In this document: positions 28,460 through 38,300 of the stretch, piece after piece | How positions within the stretch are numbered: position 1 is the stretch's first letter | Layout of the letters: the number at the start of each line of letters is the position of its first letter | From: an uncultured bacterium | GTDB taxonomy: Bacteria; CAYJRR01 | Direction of reading: 5' to 3' | Assembly: GCA_964372275.1 (NCBI GenBank) | Contig: CAYJRR010000005.1 | Coordinates: forward strand, 1 to 64,000 | DNA length: 64,000 nt | Position numbers and translations under genes: made by a program | Notes under the pieces: generated by a model | The model's input: the letters and a program-made list of their open reading frames with translations, nothing else | Database searches by the model: none | What the model was told of the DNA's origin: nothing

Positions 28460-29384
28460 CGGTGCCCGTCCCGGGGATCGGGTCCTCGACGTCCAGGTCG
28501 GTCAGCACGCCGGTGAAGGTGCCGCGACCGTCGGTGCCGATCACCGTCTCGAAGTCGTCGTAGTCGAGGTAGGCCTGCATCGAGGTGTCGGTGAAGGCGA
28601 CGGCGTCGCCCGGCTCGGTTCCGTCGACGTCCATCAGGAAGCTCCCCTGCTCGGCGATGCCGGCCGCGACGTAGTCGCCGCTGTCCGGGTCGTAGCCGTA
28701 CATGAAGATCCCCCAGTTGTCGTCGTTGTTGAGTCCGTACTGCTGCGTGCCGGTGGTCCAGTCTTCGATCAACAGGTCGGCGAAGTAGATGTGCTCCAGG
28801 CCCGCCGTCAGGCTGGTCGAGGACCAGAGGATCCGGCAGAACTCCGGCTCCGGCGGCGGGGGCTCCACGATGTCGCCGGTCCGCTCGAGATGGAACGAGA
28901 CCTCCGACTCGCAGGGGATGTCGATCTCCAGCCCGTAGAGGTCGGCGACCGCCTCTTCGCACTCCTCGCCGTCTTCGACGGTGAGCGTGAAGAGATAGTT
29001 GGCGTCGAGCGCGTTGTCGCCGGGGATCGTGCCGTCGATGGCGTTGGAGATGCCGAGTACGCAGTCGTAGCCGAAGTCGTTCAGGTCCTCGGGCTCGTCG
29101 AGGGCCATTTCGACCGTCTTCGCGGAGATCGAGCCTTCGAGGTCGAAGAAGGTGATCGTGTCGTCTTCGACCACGACCGTGATCTCCTCCTGGTCGAGCG
29201 TGAAACCCTCGTCGTAGATCTCGCAGGCGTCCGACTTTTCGTTCCACTCGGAGACTTCGTACATGCCGGTGTGCAACGTGCCGCCGGCCGGTCCGTCGTC
29301 GTCGTCACCGCCGTCCGGGCAGCCTGCCGTCAAGAGGCACGTCGAGAGGACCAGGCACGCGGCGAAACGCGGGGAGGTGAACAT
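28392..29384 (-). CDS. Acidic two-domain lipoprotein, unknown function
   Basis: Lipobox TAGC; Cys pairs; C-terminal domain resembles the 54607-55341 product. Confidence 0.75.
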   Translation of the reverse strand: MFTSPRFAACLVLSTCLLTAGCPDGGDDDDGPAGGTLHTGMYEVSEWNEKSDACEIYDEGFTLDQEEITVVVEDDTITFFDLEGSISAKTVEMALDEPEDLNDFGYDCVLGISNAIDGTIPGDNALDANYLFTLTVEDGEECEEAVADLYGLEIDIPCESEVSFHLERTGDIVEPPPPEPEFCRILWSSTSLTAGLEHIYFADLLIEDWTTGTQQYGLNNDDNWGIFMYGYDPDSGDYVAAGIAEQGSFLMDVDGTEPGDAVAFTDTSMQAYLDYDDFETVIGTDGRGTFTGVLTDLDVEDPIPGTGTVTIVYAGSNLTIGTKESYAYCY

Positions 29385-29427
29385 CCGCGGATGCTACGCC
29401 GCGAGCGGACCGGCCGCCAGCCCGGGA

Positions 29428-31026
29428 TTACAGCGTCCGTTTCATATCCGAAAGCGGGAGCTTCCAGACCTGGACGCCGCAGTAGCGGGGACCCTCCGGG
29501 CAGACCGGCTTGGTGCCGGCAGTGAGGCGCAGATGGCAGGGGGCGCCGAGGTGACGGGCGATCCGCGGGTGGACCCGGCCCACCTGCCGCACCTCCTCCA
29601 GGCAGTTGCGCCAGATCTCCTCCTGGGCCGTGTAGCAGAGACGGGTGGTCCACTTGTGATGGAAGTTGAGCAGGTCCCCCGACTCCTCGAAGCGGATCGG
29701 GAAGGCGTTCGGCAGGAGGTAGAGCGCGTGCTCGGCGGGGACGCCGTCGGCCAACAGATCGTCGATCGCGCGCCACGTGACCCGGGCGACCTCCATGTAG
29801 AGATCGAGCGCCTCGGCGTTGCCGCGGACCAGCTCCGGCACGATCACGTCGGGCTCGCCGCCGACGTAGTGCGCCGCGAGCATCGGGCGCGAGGCCGGCG
29901 TCATGCGGTGTCGCTGGTCCTGGCTGTCCGCGGTGTGCGACAGCTTCTTGCGGAAGCTGTAGTGCGGGTGGTGGAGAGCGCGCGAAAGCTTGGAGAGGGT
30001 GGTGAGGTTGAGCGCGCCGCCGAGGTAGCCGTTCTGCGCCGGGGAGAGGACGCGATCGATCGCCGCGTCGTCGGACAGACGGTCCCGTGTCAACCCGAGC
30101 ACGGTGCGGACGGCCTGGGCGACGCTGGCCTCGGCGTTCTGCGACCAGTCGACGAGCTTGCTGGAGAGCGTCCCCAGGTCGGCGTCGAACTCATCCCGGA
30201 AGGCGCGCGCCGATCCGGGGGCGGCGGCGAGCTCCCGCAACGACCGCCATTCGATCGTCTCCTCGAGCGGGATCCCGTCCTCGATCTCGCGGAAGAAGAG
30301 GGGGTCGTGCGCGGTCACCGCGTCGACCATCGCCTGCACGACGAGGCGCGTCTCGAGCGGCACGTCCGAGATCTGCGACGCGCGGTGGTAGCGATGGATC
30401 GTGAGCCCGGAGACGGTGTGGTAGAGGTGCGCGTGCGTCGCCACCGGCAGCACGTAGCGGGCGATCTCCTGCGCCTTCTTCTTCAGCGCCGGCTGCCACT
30501 TCTCCAGTCGCGGGGCGCGACCCGGGTAGATGCCGACGTAGGCGGCCCGCACGTCGGGGAGCAGCAGCTCGATCAGGCGGTGGTAGGCCGCCATCTGCCG
30601 GTCCATCACCTCGAGGTAGCGCCGGCGGTGCGGTTCGGCGAGCGGCGGAACGGTGAAGTTCCCGGGCTTCACCTCCACGTAGCGCTGGCTCACCTGTTCC
30701 GAGTTGTAGAAGGGGTGGGCGTGGAGGAACGACCACAGGAACTGGCGGGAGACGCGCTCCAGAACGAACTGGAAGGTGGCGTGCTGGATCGTGGTGTGGT
30801 GGCCGGCCTCGTAGGTCGAGCGCGCGATCTCGTCGCGGAGCGCCACCGCGCGGTCGTCCTTCACCACGTCGGCGGCGGTGATCACCTTCGACGAGTAGCA
30901 GGTGCGGGCGGTGGCGATGGCGTTGTTGAACGGCTCGCGGAAGGCGTTCTCCAGCCGCACCACCGGCGGCGCGGAGAGCAGACCCTCCGGCCCACTCTCC
31001 GCGGGATTCACGCGGGCCGCGAACAT
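29428..31026 (-). CDS. thyX: FAD-dependent thymidylate synthase, tandem two-domain form
   Basis: GHHTTIQH, VSQRYV, EIARYVLP; second domain QRHR, ALYLLPNA, RLCYTAQEEI. Confidence 0.85.
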   Translation of the reverse strand: MFAARVNPAESGPEGLLSAPPVVRLENAFREPFNNAIATARTCYSSKVITAADVVKDDRAVALRDEIARSTYEAGHHTTIQHATFQFVLERVSRQFLWSFLHAHPFYNSEQVSQRYVEVKPGNFTVPPLAEPHRRRYLEVMDRQMAAYHRLIELLLPDVRAAYVGIYPGRAPRLEKWQPALKKKAQEIARYVLPVATHAHLYHTVSGLTIHRYHRASQISDVPLETRLVVQAMVDAVTAHDPLFFREIEDGIPLEETIEWRSLRELAAAPGSARAFRDEFDADLGTLSSKLVDWSQNAEASVAQAVRTVLGLTRDRLSDDAAIDRVLSPAQNGYLGGALNLTTLSKLSRALHHPHYSFRKKLSHTADSQDQRHRMTPASRPMLAAHYVGGEPDVIVPELVRGNAEALDLYMEVARVTWRAIDDLLADGVPAEHALYLLPNAFPIRFEESGDLLNFHHKWTTRLCYTAQEEIWRNCLEEVRQVGRVHPRIARHLGAPCHLRLTAGTKPVCPEGPRYCGVQVWKLPLSDMKRTL

Positions 31027-31319
31027 CAGGCGTCGTCTTCCTCGTCGTCGTCGCCGCCGGCCGCCGCCTTCCCCTCCATCCAGGTGGTACCGTCGAGGCG
31101 CCACACCTGGAGCGATTCGCCGTCGAGCGGGACGTCGATCCACCAGACCGTCTCCTCGAAGGCGTACTTGTAGCGGTAGGCGTTGCCGAGCTTGGGATGG
31201 AGGTAGTAGCGCTTCTCGATCAGCGATCCACCCCGGACGATCTTCTCCACGTAGGGGGAGGCCGGCTGGAACCGGTAGGTCGGTCGTTCCGGGATCTGCT
31301 CCATCGGCGTCTGCGACAT
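31026..31319 (-). CDS. Small hypothetical protein coupled to thyX
   Basis: TGATG overlap with thyX start; -10 box 6 bp before the ATG. Confidence 0.65.
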   Translation of the reverse strand: MSQTPMEQIPERPTYRFQPASPYVEKIVRGGSLIEKRYYLHPKLGNAYRYKYAFEETVWWIDVPLDGESLQVWRLDGTTWMEGKAAAGGDDDEEDDA

Positions 31320-31394
31320 GCCCGGAATCTATCATTCCGCGCGTTCGCGCTCCAGCTGTCGCCTTGGGCCGGCCGACGTGGTACACAGTGCGGC

Positions 31395-31832
31395 ATGTCG
31401 GTCGACCATACCGTGGGGCTCGGCGGGGACGTGCTCACCGAGTGCAACCGGTGCGAGCTGAAGCTCTGGCACACCGTCATCGCCAAGGCCGACGGGCTGA
31501 TCCGGCGCGTGAAGTGCAATACGTGCAAGACCGAGCACAGCCTGCGCGGCGAGGCGAAGCTCCCCTCCCACAAGCGGGTGGCGGCGAAGCCGGCGCTCAC
31601 GAAGGTGGTGCTGGTGAAGGAACGCGTTCCGCACAAGCCCTGGGAGGAGATGATCGCCGGGCGGGACCTGGGCAGCGCCGTCCCCTATTCGGTCACCGTC
31701 ACGCTCGAGAAGAACGGACTGGTGCAGCACCCGAGCTTCGGCGTGGGGATCGTCACCGAGCTCTCCGACGACCGGAAACGCGCCATCGTCCGCTTCGAGG
31801 CGGGTGAAAAGGTCCTCGCCGCGAATCGTTAG
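31395..31832 (+). CDS. Conserved hypothetical protein (Zn ribbon plus C-terminal HPxFGxG module)
   Basis: CNRC...H...CNTC; HPSFGVGIV...VRFEAGEKVL. Confidence 0.75.
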   Translation: MSVDHTVGLGGDVLTECNRCELKLWHTVIAKADGLIRRVKCNTCKTEHSLRGEAKLPSHKRVAAKPALTKVVLVKERVPHKPWEEMIAGRDLGSAVPYSVTVTLEKNGLVQHPSFGVGIVTELSDDRKRAIVRFEAGEKVLAANR

Positions 31833-31867
31833 GATCGGGGGGCCGCGCGCCCGCCGCCATCCTCGGC

Positions 31868-34048
31868 CTATTCACCGTCCCAGTCGTCTTCCTGGGTGCG
31901 CGGGAGGCCGGCGGTGATCGTCTCGCGGGTGGCGGGGCGCTCGACGACGAGCGTGCAGATCGACCCCTTCGCGCCGCCGAGCCGCTCGAGCGCTTCCCAG
32001 CTCGGCAGGGGCGTCACGTCGACCCCGTCGATCGAGAGCACGCGGTCGCCGCCGAACAGCCGCCGTCCGTCGGCGGCGGGGGCGGAGTGGGTGACGACCA
32101 GCCGGTCGTCGATCTCCTCGACCAGCAGCTCCGGGTACCAGCGATCGAGCTCCTCTCCCGGTTCCGCCCACTCGGACACCCCGTCGTCGGACAGCGGTTC
32201 GCCGTCCCCCCCGTCGGGCAGCTCCCATCCCTCGCCGTCGTGCTCCACGAACGGCCCCTCTCCGTCCGCCAGCGCCCCCAACGGCCCGGGCGAGCCGGTG
32301 CTCGCCGTCAGCTCCACCGCGACCGTCTCCCCGTCGATCGCCACCGTCTTCGGCGCGGTATAGGCGAGGATCGGCTCGTCGCCGAGGTCGCCGCCGTCGA
32401 TCTCGACCGACGCGTGCAGCAGGTACTCCCCGGGCGGCACCGACGGGAAGAGGAACCGGCCGGAGGGATCGAGGTCGGCCGACAGCCCCGAAGGGGCGGC
32501 GCCGTAGAGGTAGACGGTCCCCTCGGCGATCGTCCGGCCGTCGTCGGTTCGCACCGTACCCGCAATGCGACCCGATCGCCGTCGGTCGGGGAGCGCGACG
32601 TCGAGACGCGCCACCCCCCCTTCGACGATCCGGACGCCGTCGAACTGGGCCATCGCGTTTCCGATCAGGATCGTCACGCGGTAGGTCGTGGGGGGAAGTC
32701 CGTCGGCTTCGATCTCGCCGTATCCCTCCCGCCCCGATTCGCGTTCGACCAGATCGATCTGGCCGACGTACCGCCCGCGAGGATCGACCGTACCCGACGG
32801 AGACTTCGCTTCCCGACCGCGGGGGACGCCGGTCGCCAAGGCGATCCCCCCCTCCGGCGCACGGTCTTCGGGGGTCGAGAGATAGAGGTCGGCGATGATC
32901 GGCAACGAGTCCCCCGCCTCGTCGTCGCCATCCGCGTCGGGCATCGCGCCGACGGCGGCGAGGTCGACCCGGAGCGTTCCCCGCAGCGAACCCCCTCGAG
33001 TCATGCGGATCGTCACGGGCGGCCCCCCGGCGACGACCTCCCATGCCTCCGCGGGCCGGAACGTCGGCGCGGTGGCGGTGACGACGTGCGGCGTCGACGG
33101 CAATCCGCCGATCTCGAACTCGCCGAGATCGCCGCTCGTGTCCTCCGCGGTCGAGATCCCGTCTCCGCCGACCGCCTGCGCGGCGACGCGCGCCCCGGCG
33201 ACGGGTCCCCCGGCCGCGTCGACCACCCGGCCGCGGATGACGTAGGCGGGCTCGAGGGCGATCCGCAGCGGCGTCTCCCGGCCGGGGAGAACCTGCACCG
33301 CCCGCTCCGTCGCGGTCCGGAACGACGTCGCCTCCACCTCCACGTTGAACGCCCCCATCACCCGCAGCTCGATTCGGAACGCTCCGCGCGCGTCGGTCTC
33401 CACCTCCGGATCGCCCGCGATCAGCGACTCGTCGTCCACCCCGAGCGAGGACCAGGAGGAGACGGCGACCCGCGCGCCGGCGACCGGGCTCCCCCGCGGA
33501 TCGACGACCGTCCCGGCGATCGCCCCGCGCTCCGCCAGCTCGACCTGGACCCGCACGCGCGCCGCCGGCGGCGAGCCGCCCTCGGCGTCGGCGGCGGCCG
33601 CCGGATCGAGCGAGACGAGCGGGCTGATCCCCTCGCGCCCGCGGTCGTCGCGCGCGAGGAAGACGACGTCGACCTCTGGCGGCAGCGTGGCGAGGAAGCG
33701 GCCGTCGCGGTCGGTGCGACCGCTCGTCGTGGCGGCGGGAAGATCGTCCGGCTCCGCGTCGATGCGCGCCTCGACGGTCGCCCCCTCGACCGGACGGCCG
33801 TCGAGGTCGACGACGCGCACCTCCACCGGGACCGGAGGATCGGCCGGCGCCTCGGCCGGCCCCGCCGGTCCCCGGTCGGCCGAGCGCCACGGGAGCCACG
33901 ACGGTCCGGTTCGCGCCGGAGGCCCGCCGCCGGTCCCGGTGGCCGGACGTTCGGGCGGCGGCTCGCGCCGCGCGAGGAACAGGACCGCCGCCAGCGCCGC
34001 GAGGAGGGCGCCGGCGAGGACGATGGCGCGAGGCCGGATCGGGCGCAT
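31868..34048 (-). CDS. Membrane-anchored protein with carboxypeptidase-regulatory-like repeats and a C-terminal PDZ-like domain
   Basis: Repeated GxVVDxxGxPVxGAxV; GDRVLSIDG...GAKGS. Confidence 0.8.
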   Translation of the reverse strand: MRPIRPRAIVLAGALLAALAAVLFLARREPPPERPATGTGGGPPARTGPSWLPWRSADRGPAGPAEAPADPPVPVEVRVVDLDGRPVEGATVEARIDAEPDDLPAATTSGRTDRDGRFLATLPPEVDVVFLARDDRGREGISPLVSLDPAAAADAEGGSPPAARVRVQVELAERGAIAGTVVDPRGSPVAGARVAVSSWSSLGVDDESLIAGDPEVETDARGAFRIELRVMGAFNVEVEATSFRTATERAVQVLPGRETPLRIALEPAYVIRGRVVDAAGGPVAGARVAAQAVGGDGISTAEDTSGDLGEFEIGGLPSTPHVVTATAPTFRPAEAWEVVAGGPPVTIRMTRGGSLRGTLRVDLAAVGAMPDADGDDEAGDSLPIIADLYLSTPEDRAPEGGIALATGVPRGREAKSPSGTVDPRGRYVGQIDLVERESGREGYGEIEADGLPPTTYRVTILIGNAMAQFDGVRIVEGGVARLDVALPDRRRSGRIAGTVRTDDGRTIAEGTVYLYGAAPSGLSADLDPSGRFLFPSVPPGEYLLHASVEIDGGDLGDEPILAYTAPKTVAIDGETVAVELTASTGSPGPLGALADGEGPFVEHDGEGWELPDGGDGEPLSDDGVSEWAEPGEELDRWYPELLVEEIDDRLVVTHSAPAADGRRLFGGDRVLSIDGVDVTPLPSWEALERLGGAKGSICTLVVERPATRETITAGLPRTQEDDWDGE

Positions 34049-34070
34049 TCGACTGCCCGTTATCCTAGCG

Positions 34071-34718
34071 TCACGATTCGAGGCGATCGAGGAACGCGCG
34101 CGTCGCGGCGGCGGCCGAGGCAGTGTCGACCAGGGCGCGCTGCGCGGCGACGCCGAACGCGCCGCAGGCGCGCACCCGGGCCACCTCCTCGGGGGTGATC
34201 CCGCCGATGGCGAAGACCGGCATCTCCCCCGCGGCGGCGCAGGCGACCGACAGCGTCGCCATCCCCTGCGGCGGTCCGTGCGGCGATTTGCTCGGCGTGC
34301 CGAAGACGGGACCGAACAGCGCGAAGGTCGCCCCTTCCTTCGTCGCCCGCTTCACCTCGTCGACCGAGTGCGTCGATCGTCCGACCCACGCCCCGGCCGG
34401 AAGGCAGGCACGCGCGGCCTCCGCCGGGATCGACTGCACGCGCAGCTGCACGCCGCGGGCGCCGACCGCGGCCGCGATGTCGGCGCGGTCGTTGATCAAG
34501 AGCGGCGTGCGGTGGCGGTCGAGCCGCTTCTTCATCCGCTCCGCGAGGTGGAAGAGGGCGTCGGGGGAGAGGTCTTTCTCGCGCAGCTGCACCGCGATCC
34601 GCTCCCCGCCCGCCTCCGCCGCCGCCTCCACGCGGTCGAGCAGCGCCGCCTCCCCGCCGGCGATCGAAAGGTCGGTGACCAGGACCAGCCGGAAGGGGAG
34701 CGGTTTCGCCCGGCTCAT
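34071..34718 (-). CDS. thiE: Thiamine-phosphate synthase
   Basis: [36 protein letters not shown] overlap with thiG (TenI-like function not excluded). Confidence 0.8.
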   Translation of the reverse strand: MSRAKPLPFRLVLVTDLSIAGGEAALLDRVEAAAEAGGERIAVQLREKDLSPDALFHLAERMKKRLDRHRTPLLINDRADIAAAVGARGVQLRVQSIPAEAARACLPAGAWVGRSTHSVDEVKRATKEGATFALFGPVFGTPSKSPHGPPQGMATLSVACAAAGEMPVFAIGGITPEEVARVRACGAFGVAAQRALVDTASAAAATRAFLDRLES

Positions 34719-35497
34719 CGTCGCAGCGGATCCATGATCCCGGTGATCGGACTCGACGCCGACGCGTGGAGTCTGGCCGGCATGCGGCCGGCCCGGTAGG
34801 CGAGACGCCCGGCCTCGACCGCCAGCCGCATCGCGGTGGCCATGCGCAGCGGATCGGCGGCGGCGGCGATGGCGGTGTTCATCAGCACCGCGTCGCAGCC
34901 GAGCTCCATCGCGATCGCCGCATCGCTGGCGGTGCCGACGCCGGCGTCGACGATCACCGGCACCTTCGCCTGCTCCAGGATGATCCGCAGGTTGTAGGGG
35001 TTGCGGATCCCCAGGCCGCTTCCGATCGGCGCGCCGAGCGGCATCACCGCCGCCGCGCCGGCGTCCTCGAGCCTCTTGCAGACGACCGGGTCGTCGGAGA
35101 CGTAGGGGAGCACCACGAAGCCGTCCTTCACCAGCGTGGCGCACGCCTCGACGGTGGCGGCGTTGTCGGGGAAGAGCGTCCGCTCGTCGCCGATCACCTC
35201 CACCTTCACCAGGTTGGTGTCGAGCGCCTCGCGCGCAAGGCGGCAGGTGTGCACCGCGTCCTTGGCGGTGTAGCAGCCGGCGGTGTTGGGGAGCAGGGTG
35301 TAGGGTTTGAGCGCCGCGAACAGGTCCTTGCCGGCGGAGGAGCCGAGCTCGACGCGCCGCATCGCCACCGTCACGATCTCCGCGCCCGATGCCTCGATCG
35401 CCCGGATCGTCGTCTCCAGGTCCTTGTACTTTCCGGTGCCGACCAGCAGTCGGGAGCGGAAGGTGCGGGTTCCGAGTCGCAGCGTTTCGTCGCTCAT
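34715..35497 (-). CDS. thiG: Thiazole synthase
   Basis: [38 protein letters not shown]. Confidence 0.97.
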   Translation of the reverse strand: MSDETLRLGTRTFRSRLLVGTGKYKDLETTIRAIEASGAEIVTVAMRRVELGSSAGKDLFAALKPYTLLPNTAGCYTAKDAVHTCRLAREALDTNLVKVEVIGDERTLFPDNAATVEACATLVKDGFVVLPYVSDDPVVCKRLEDAGAAAVMPLGAPIGSGLGIRNPYNLRIILEQAKVPVIVDAGVGTASDAAIAMELGCDAVLMNTAIAAAADPLRMATAMRLAVEAGRLAYRAGRMPARLHASASSPITGIMDPLRR

Positions 35498-35521
35498 CGT
35501 CAGGCTCCCGATCGGATCGTT

Positions 35522-36865
35522 CTAGCCGCCGCCGACGGCGTGCAGGATCTCGACGCGGTCGGCGTCGCGCAAGGAGATCGTGTCCCATTCGGCGCGACGC
35601 ACCACCGCCTCGTTCACCGCGACGGCGACCCCGGGCCGCCGCAGGACGAGCTGGTCGAGAAGCGCCCCAACCGTCGTCCCGGGCGCCAGCGAGCGCGCCG
35701 CGCCGTTGACCAGCACCCGCGCGTCGACGGCCGCCGCGTCGATCGACGGCGTGCCGCGAATCGACGGCCGCCGCGGGTCGAACGGCGCGAGGTCGATCTC
35801 CGGCTCCACCCCCTCCGCGAGGTCGGCGATGGCGCGCGCCACGGCCGGGGCGAGCAGGATGCCGTTGCGGTAGAGGCCGGTGGCATGGAGCAGCCCGTCG
35901 TCGCCGAACCCCAGGCACGGATTCCCGTCCGCCGTCGCCGGACGAAGCCCCGCCCAGGCGTGGACGACCGCGGCCTCGCGCAGTCCCGGCAGCGCCGCCC
36001 GGAACCCGGCGGATAGGAGCGCCACCGCCTCCGGCGTGACGCGCTTGTCGAAGCCGGCCTCGGGTTCGGAGGTCGTCCCCACCGCGATCCGGCCGCCACC
36101 GCGGGGGACGGCATAGCCGTCGCTCCAGCGCACCACGTGGCGAAGCGCGTCGGCGCGCGCCGCGAGGAGTCCGAGCATCTGCCCGCGGACCGGCGAGACG
36201 ATCGGCCCGGAGTCGATCTGCGAGGCCCAGGCGCCGGCGGCGTTGACCACCACCGCGCCGTCGACCCGCCGCTCGCCGTCCTGCACACCGCGCACCCGAC
36301 CGCCGTCGCGCCAGGGCCGCGCGCGCCGCGGGACGATCGCCACGCCGCGCGCGCGAAGGGCCGACTTCAGCGCCGCCAGCACCGCGCGTGCGCTCACCGC
36401 GCGGTCGTCCGGCAGCCGCCACGCGCCGGCGATCGTCTGCGGCAGCGCCGGCTCGGCGGCCACCGCCTCGTCGCGCGATCGCCACTCGACGCGCCGTCCG
36501 TCGGCACGCGCCCAGCGGAGGCGGCTCTCGATCCGCGCCGCGTCGTCGACGTCCCGCGCCGGCACCAACGTCCCCTCCGTGCGCGGGAGCAGGTCGACCC
36601 CGACCTCCGCCCCGAGCCGCTCCGCGAATTTTTCCCACATCGCCCGCGACCGGACCGCCAGCGCCGCCAATGGCGACGGCCCCTCGAACTCGTAGTCGGC
36701 GGCGAGCATCCCCCCCGCCGCCCACGACGCCTCCCCCCCCGCCCGGGGATCGAAGACGACGACCGCCCGCCCGCGCCGCGACATCTCCTCCGCCACCGCC
36801 AGCCCCGCGATCCCGCCCCCGACGACGAGGACGTCCGCGCTCGCTCTGGAGGCCGCCTGGAGCAT
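35522..36865 (-). CDS. thiO: Glycine oxidase ThiO fused to C-terminal sulfur carrier ThiS
   Basis: GGGIAG, ASWAAGGML, PVRGQ, WAGLRP, YRNGILLAP, then VNG...VAVAVN...DRVEILHAVGGG-stop. Confidence 0.9.
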   Translation of the reverse strand: MLQAASRASADVLVVGGGIAGLAVAEEMSRRGRAVVVFDPRAGGEASWAAGGMLAADYEFEGPSPLAALAVRSRAMWEKFAERLGAEVGVDLLPRTEGTLVPARDVDDAARIESRLRWARADGRRVEWRSRDEAVAAEPALPQTIAGAWRLPDDRAVSARAVLAALKSALRARGVAIVPRRARPWRDGGRVRGVQDGERRVDGAVVVNAAGAWASQIDSGPIVSPVRGQMLGLLAARADALRHVVRWSDGYAVPRGGGRIAVGTTSEPEAGFDKRVTPEAVALLSAGFRAALPGLREAAVVHAWAGLRPATADGNPCLGFGDDGLLHATGLYRNGILLAPAVARAIADLAEGVEPEIDLAPFDPRRPSIRGTPSIDAAAVDARVLVNGAARSLAPGTTVGALLDQLVLRRPGVAVAVNEAVVRRAEWDTISLRDADRVEILHAVGGG

Positions 36866-36907
36866 GCGCGGATCATCGTCGCGAGGCCTCAAAAGCTCAA
36901 GGCGCCG
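36862..36907. repeat. Direct repeat copy 1 (thiO promoter/start)
   Basis: GCATGCGCGGATCATCGTCGCGAG (24 bp exact) plus a similar extension; recurs at 38255. Confidence 0.85.
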
Positions 36908-36933
36908 ATCGGCGATTGGACCCGGCAGGACTG

Positions 36934-36989
36934 ATTTCTTGACTGCGAGAGAACGGTATGGACCTATTTCTTATATGTGAGAGAATGGT
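36934..36989. promoter_or_regulatory. Tandem 24-bp operator-like repeats before the second ATPase
   Basis: ATTTCTTgacTGcGAGAGAAcGGT (36934) and ATTTCTTataTGtGAGAGAAtGGT (36966), 19/24 identical. Confidence 0.65.
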
Positions 36990-36995
36990 CCATCC

Positions 36996-38198
36996 GTGGA
37001 TTTGCCTCGCATCTACGACGCGATACTCCGAGACCACCTGTCGAGGCGCCGTCAGATGGCGCTCGTCCCCGGTCCGCGGCAGGTTGGAAAGACGACGACC
37101 TGTCGGGGAATTGCGGAGGCCGGCGCGTATCTGAACTGGGACGATCGAGAGCACCGCCGCCTGATCCAGCTGGGCCCGAGTGCGGTGGCCGGGCGCCTCG
37201 GGATGGACGTACTCCGCAAGGCGCCTCGCGTCGTCGCGTTCGATGAGCTTCACAAGTTCGGCAAATGGAAAGGCTTTCTCAAGGGCTTCTTCGATCTCTA
37301 TGAGCCGCGCTCCCGCCTCCTCGTGACCGGAAGCGCACGTCTCGACGACTATCGACGCGGAGGCGACAGCTTGATGGGGCGGTATTTCCTGTTTCGGATG
37401 CACCCGCTCAGCGTCGCCGAGCGGGTCCGTCAGGATCTTCCCCGGCGAGAGATTCAGAAGCCCGCGCGTATCGCGACCGCCGACTACGACGCGCTCTGGC
37501 AGTTCGGCGGGTACCCCGAGCCGTTTCGACAGCGGTCCCGGTCGTTCCATCTGCGATGGCGAGACCATCGCCGGCAGCAGCTCGTGCGCGAGGACATCCG
37601 CGACCTGACCCGTGTGCAGGAGCTGGGTCAGATCGACACGCTCGTGACGTTGCTCGAGGAGCGCTCCGCGACCCAGCTCGTCTACAGCAACCTCGCCGGG
37701 GAGATCGGAGTCGCCGTCGAGACCGTGCGGCGGTGGCTGGACGCGCTCGAAGGCTTCTACTTCGGGTTTCGAGTTCGGCCTTGGTATGCGAACGTCGCCA
37801 AGTCGCTAAGGAAGGAACCCAAGTGGTACGTCCTCGATTGGTCGATCGTCGACGATCCAGGCGCCCGCGCGGAGACCTTCGTCGCATGCCACCTGCTCAA
37901 GGCCGTTCAGGGCTGGACCGATCTCGGCTTGGGTCGGTACGAGCTCCGGTACCTGCGTGACAAGCAGAAGCGCGAAGTCGACTTCGTCGTCGTGCGCGAC
38001 CGAAAGCCGTGGTTCCTCGTGGAGGTGAAGACCGGCGACACGCGTCTGTCTCCGTCGCTGGCTCACTTCCAGAAACAGGTTGCCGCCCCTCACGCCTTCC
38101 AAGTCGTCACCGATCTTGCGTATGTGGATGCGGACTGTTTCGTCCATCACGATCCAGTGGTGGTGCCGGCCCGGACGTTTTTGTCGCAGCTTCTGTGA
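36996..38198 (+). CDS. AAA ATPase with DUF4143 / PD-(D/E)xK C-terminus
   Basis: GPRQVGKT, FDELH, VTGSA, DSLMGR, GGYPE, REVDFV...LVEVK. Confidence 0.9.
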   Translation: MDLPRIYDAILRDHLSRRRQMALVPGPRQVGKTTTCRGIAEAGAYLNWDDREHRRLIQLGPSAVAGRLGMDVLRKAPRVVAFDELHKFGKWKGFLKGFFDLYEPRSRLLVTGSARLDDYRRGGDSLMGRYFLFRMHPLSVAERVRQDLPRREIQKPARIATADYDALWQFGGYPEPFRQRSRSFHLRWRDHRRQQLVREDIRDLTRVQELGQIDTLVTLLEERSATQLVYSNLAGEIGVAVETVRRWLDALEGFYFGFRVRPWYANVAKSLRKEPKWYVLDWSIVDDPGARAETFVACHLLKAVQGWTDLGLGRYELRYLRDKQKREVDFVVVRDRKPWFLVEVKTGDTRLSPSLAHFQKQVAAPHAFQVVTDLAYVDADCFVHHDPVVVPARTFLSQLL

Positions 38199-38254
38199 GT
38201 CCCTGGCCGATCGTCGGCGGAAAAGGTCCGCGTGGGCCCTGAAGGCCGGCATCG

Positions 38255-38300
38255 GCATGCGCGGATCATCGTCGCGAGCCGCAAAAGCGAAATGGCGCCG
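38255..38300. repeat. Direct repeat copy 2
   Basis: Same 24-mer followed by ccgcAAAAGCgaaatGGCGCCG. Confidence 0.85.

Noticed and set aside
37806-38258. Antisense ORF starting in the second direct-repeat copy
   Set aside because: Overlaps the ATPase on the opposite strand and has no recognisable motifs; its ATG comes from the duplicated thiO start
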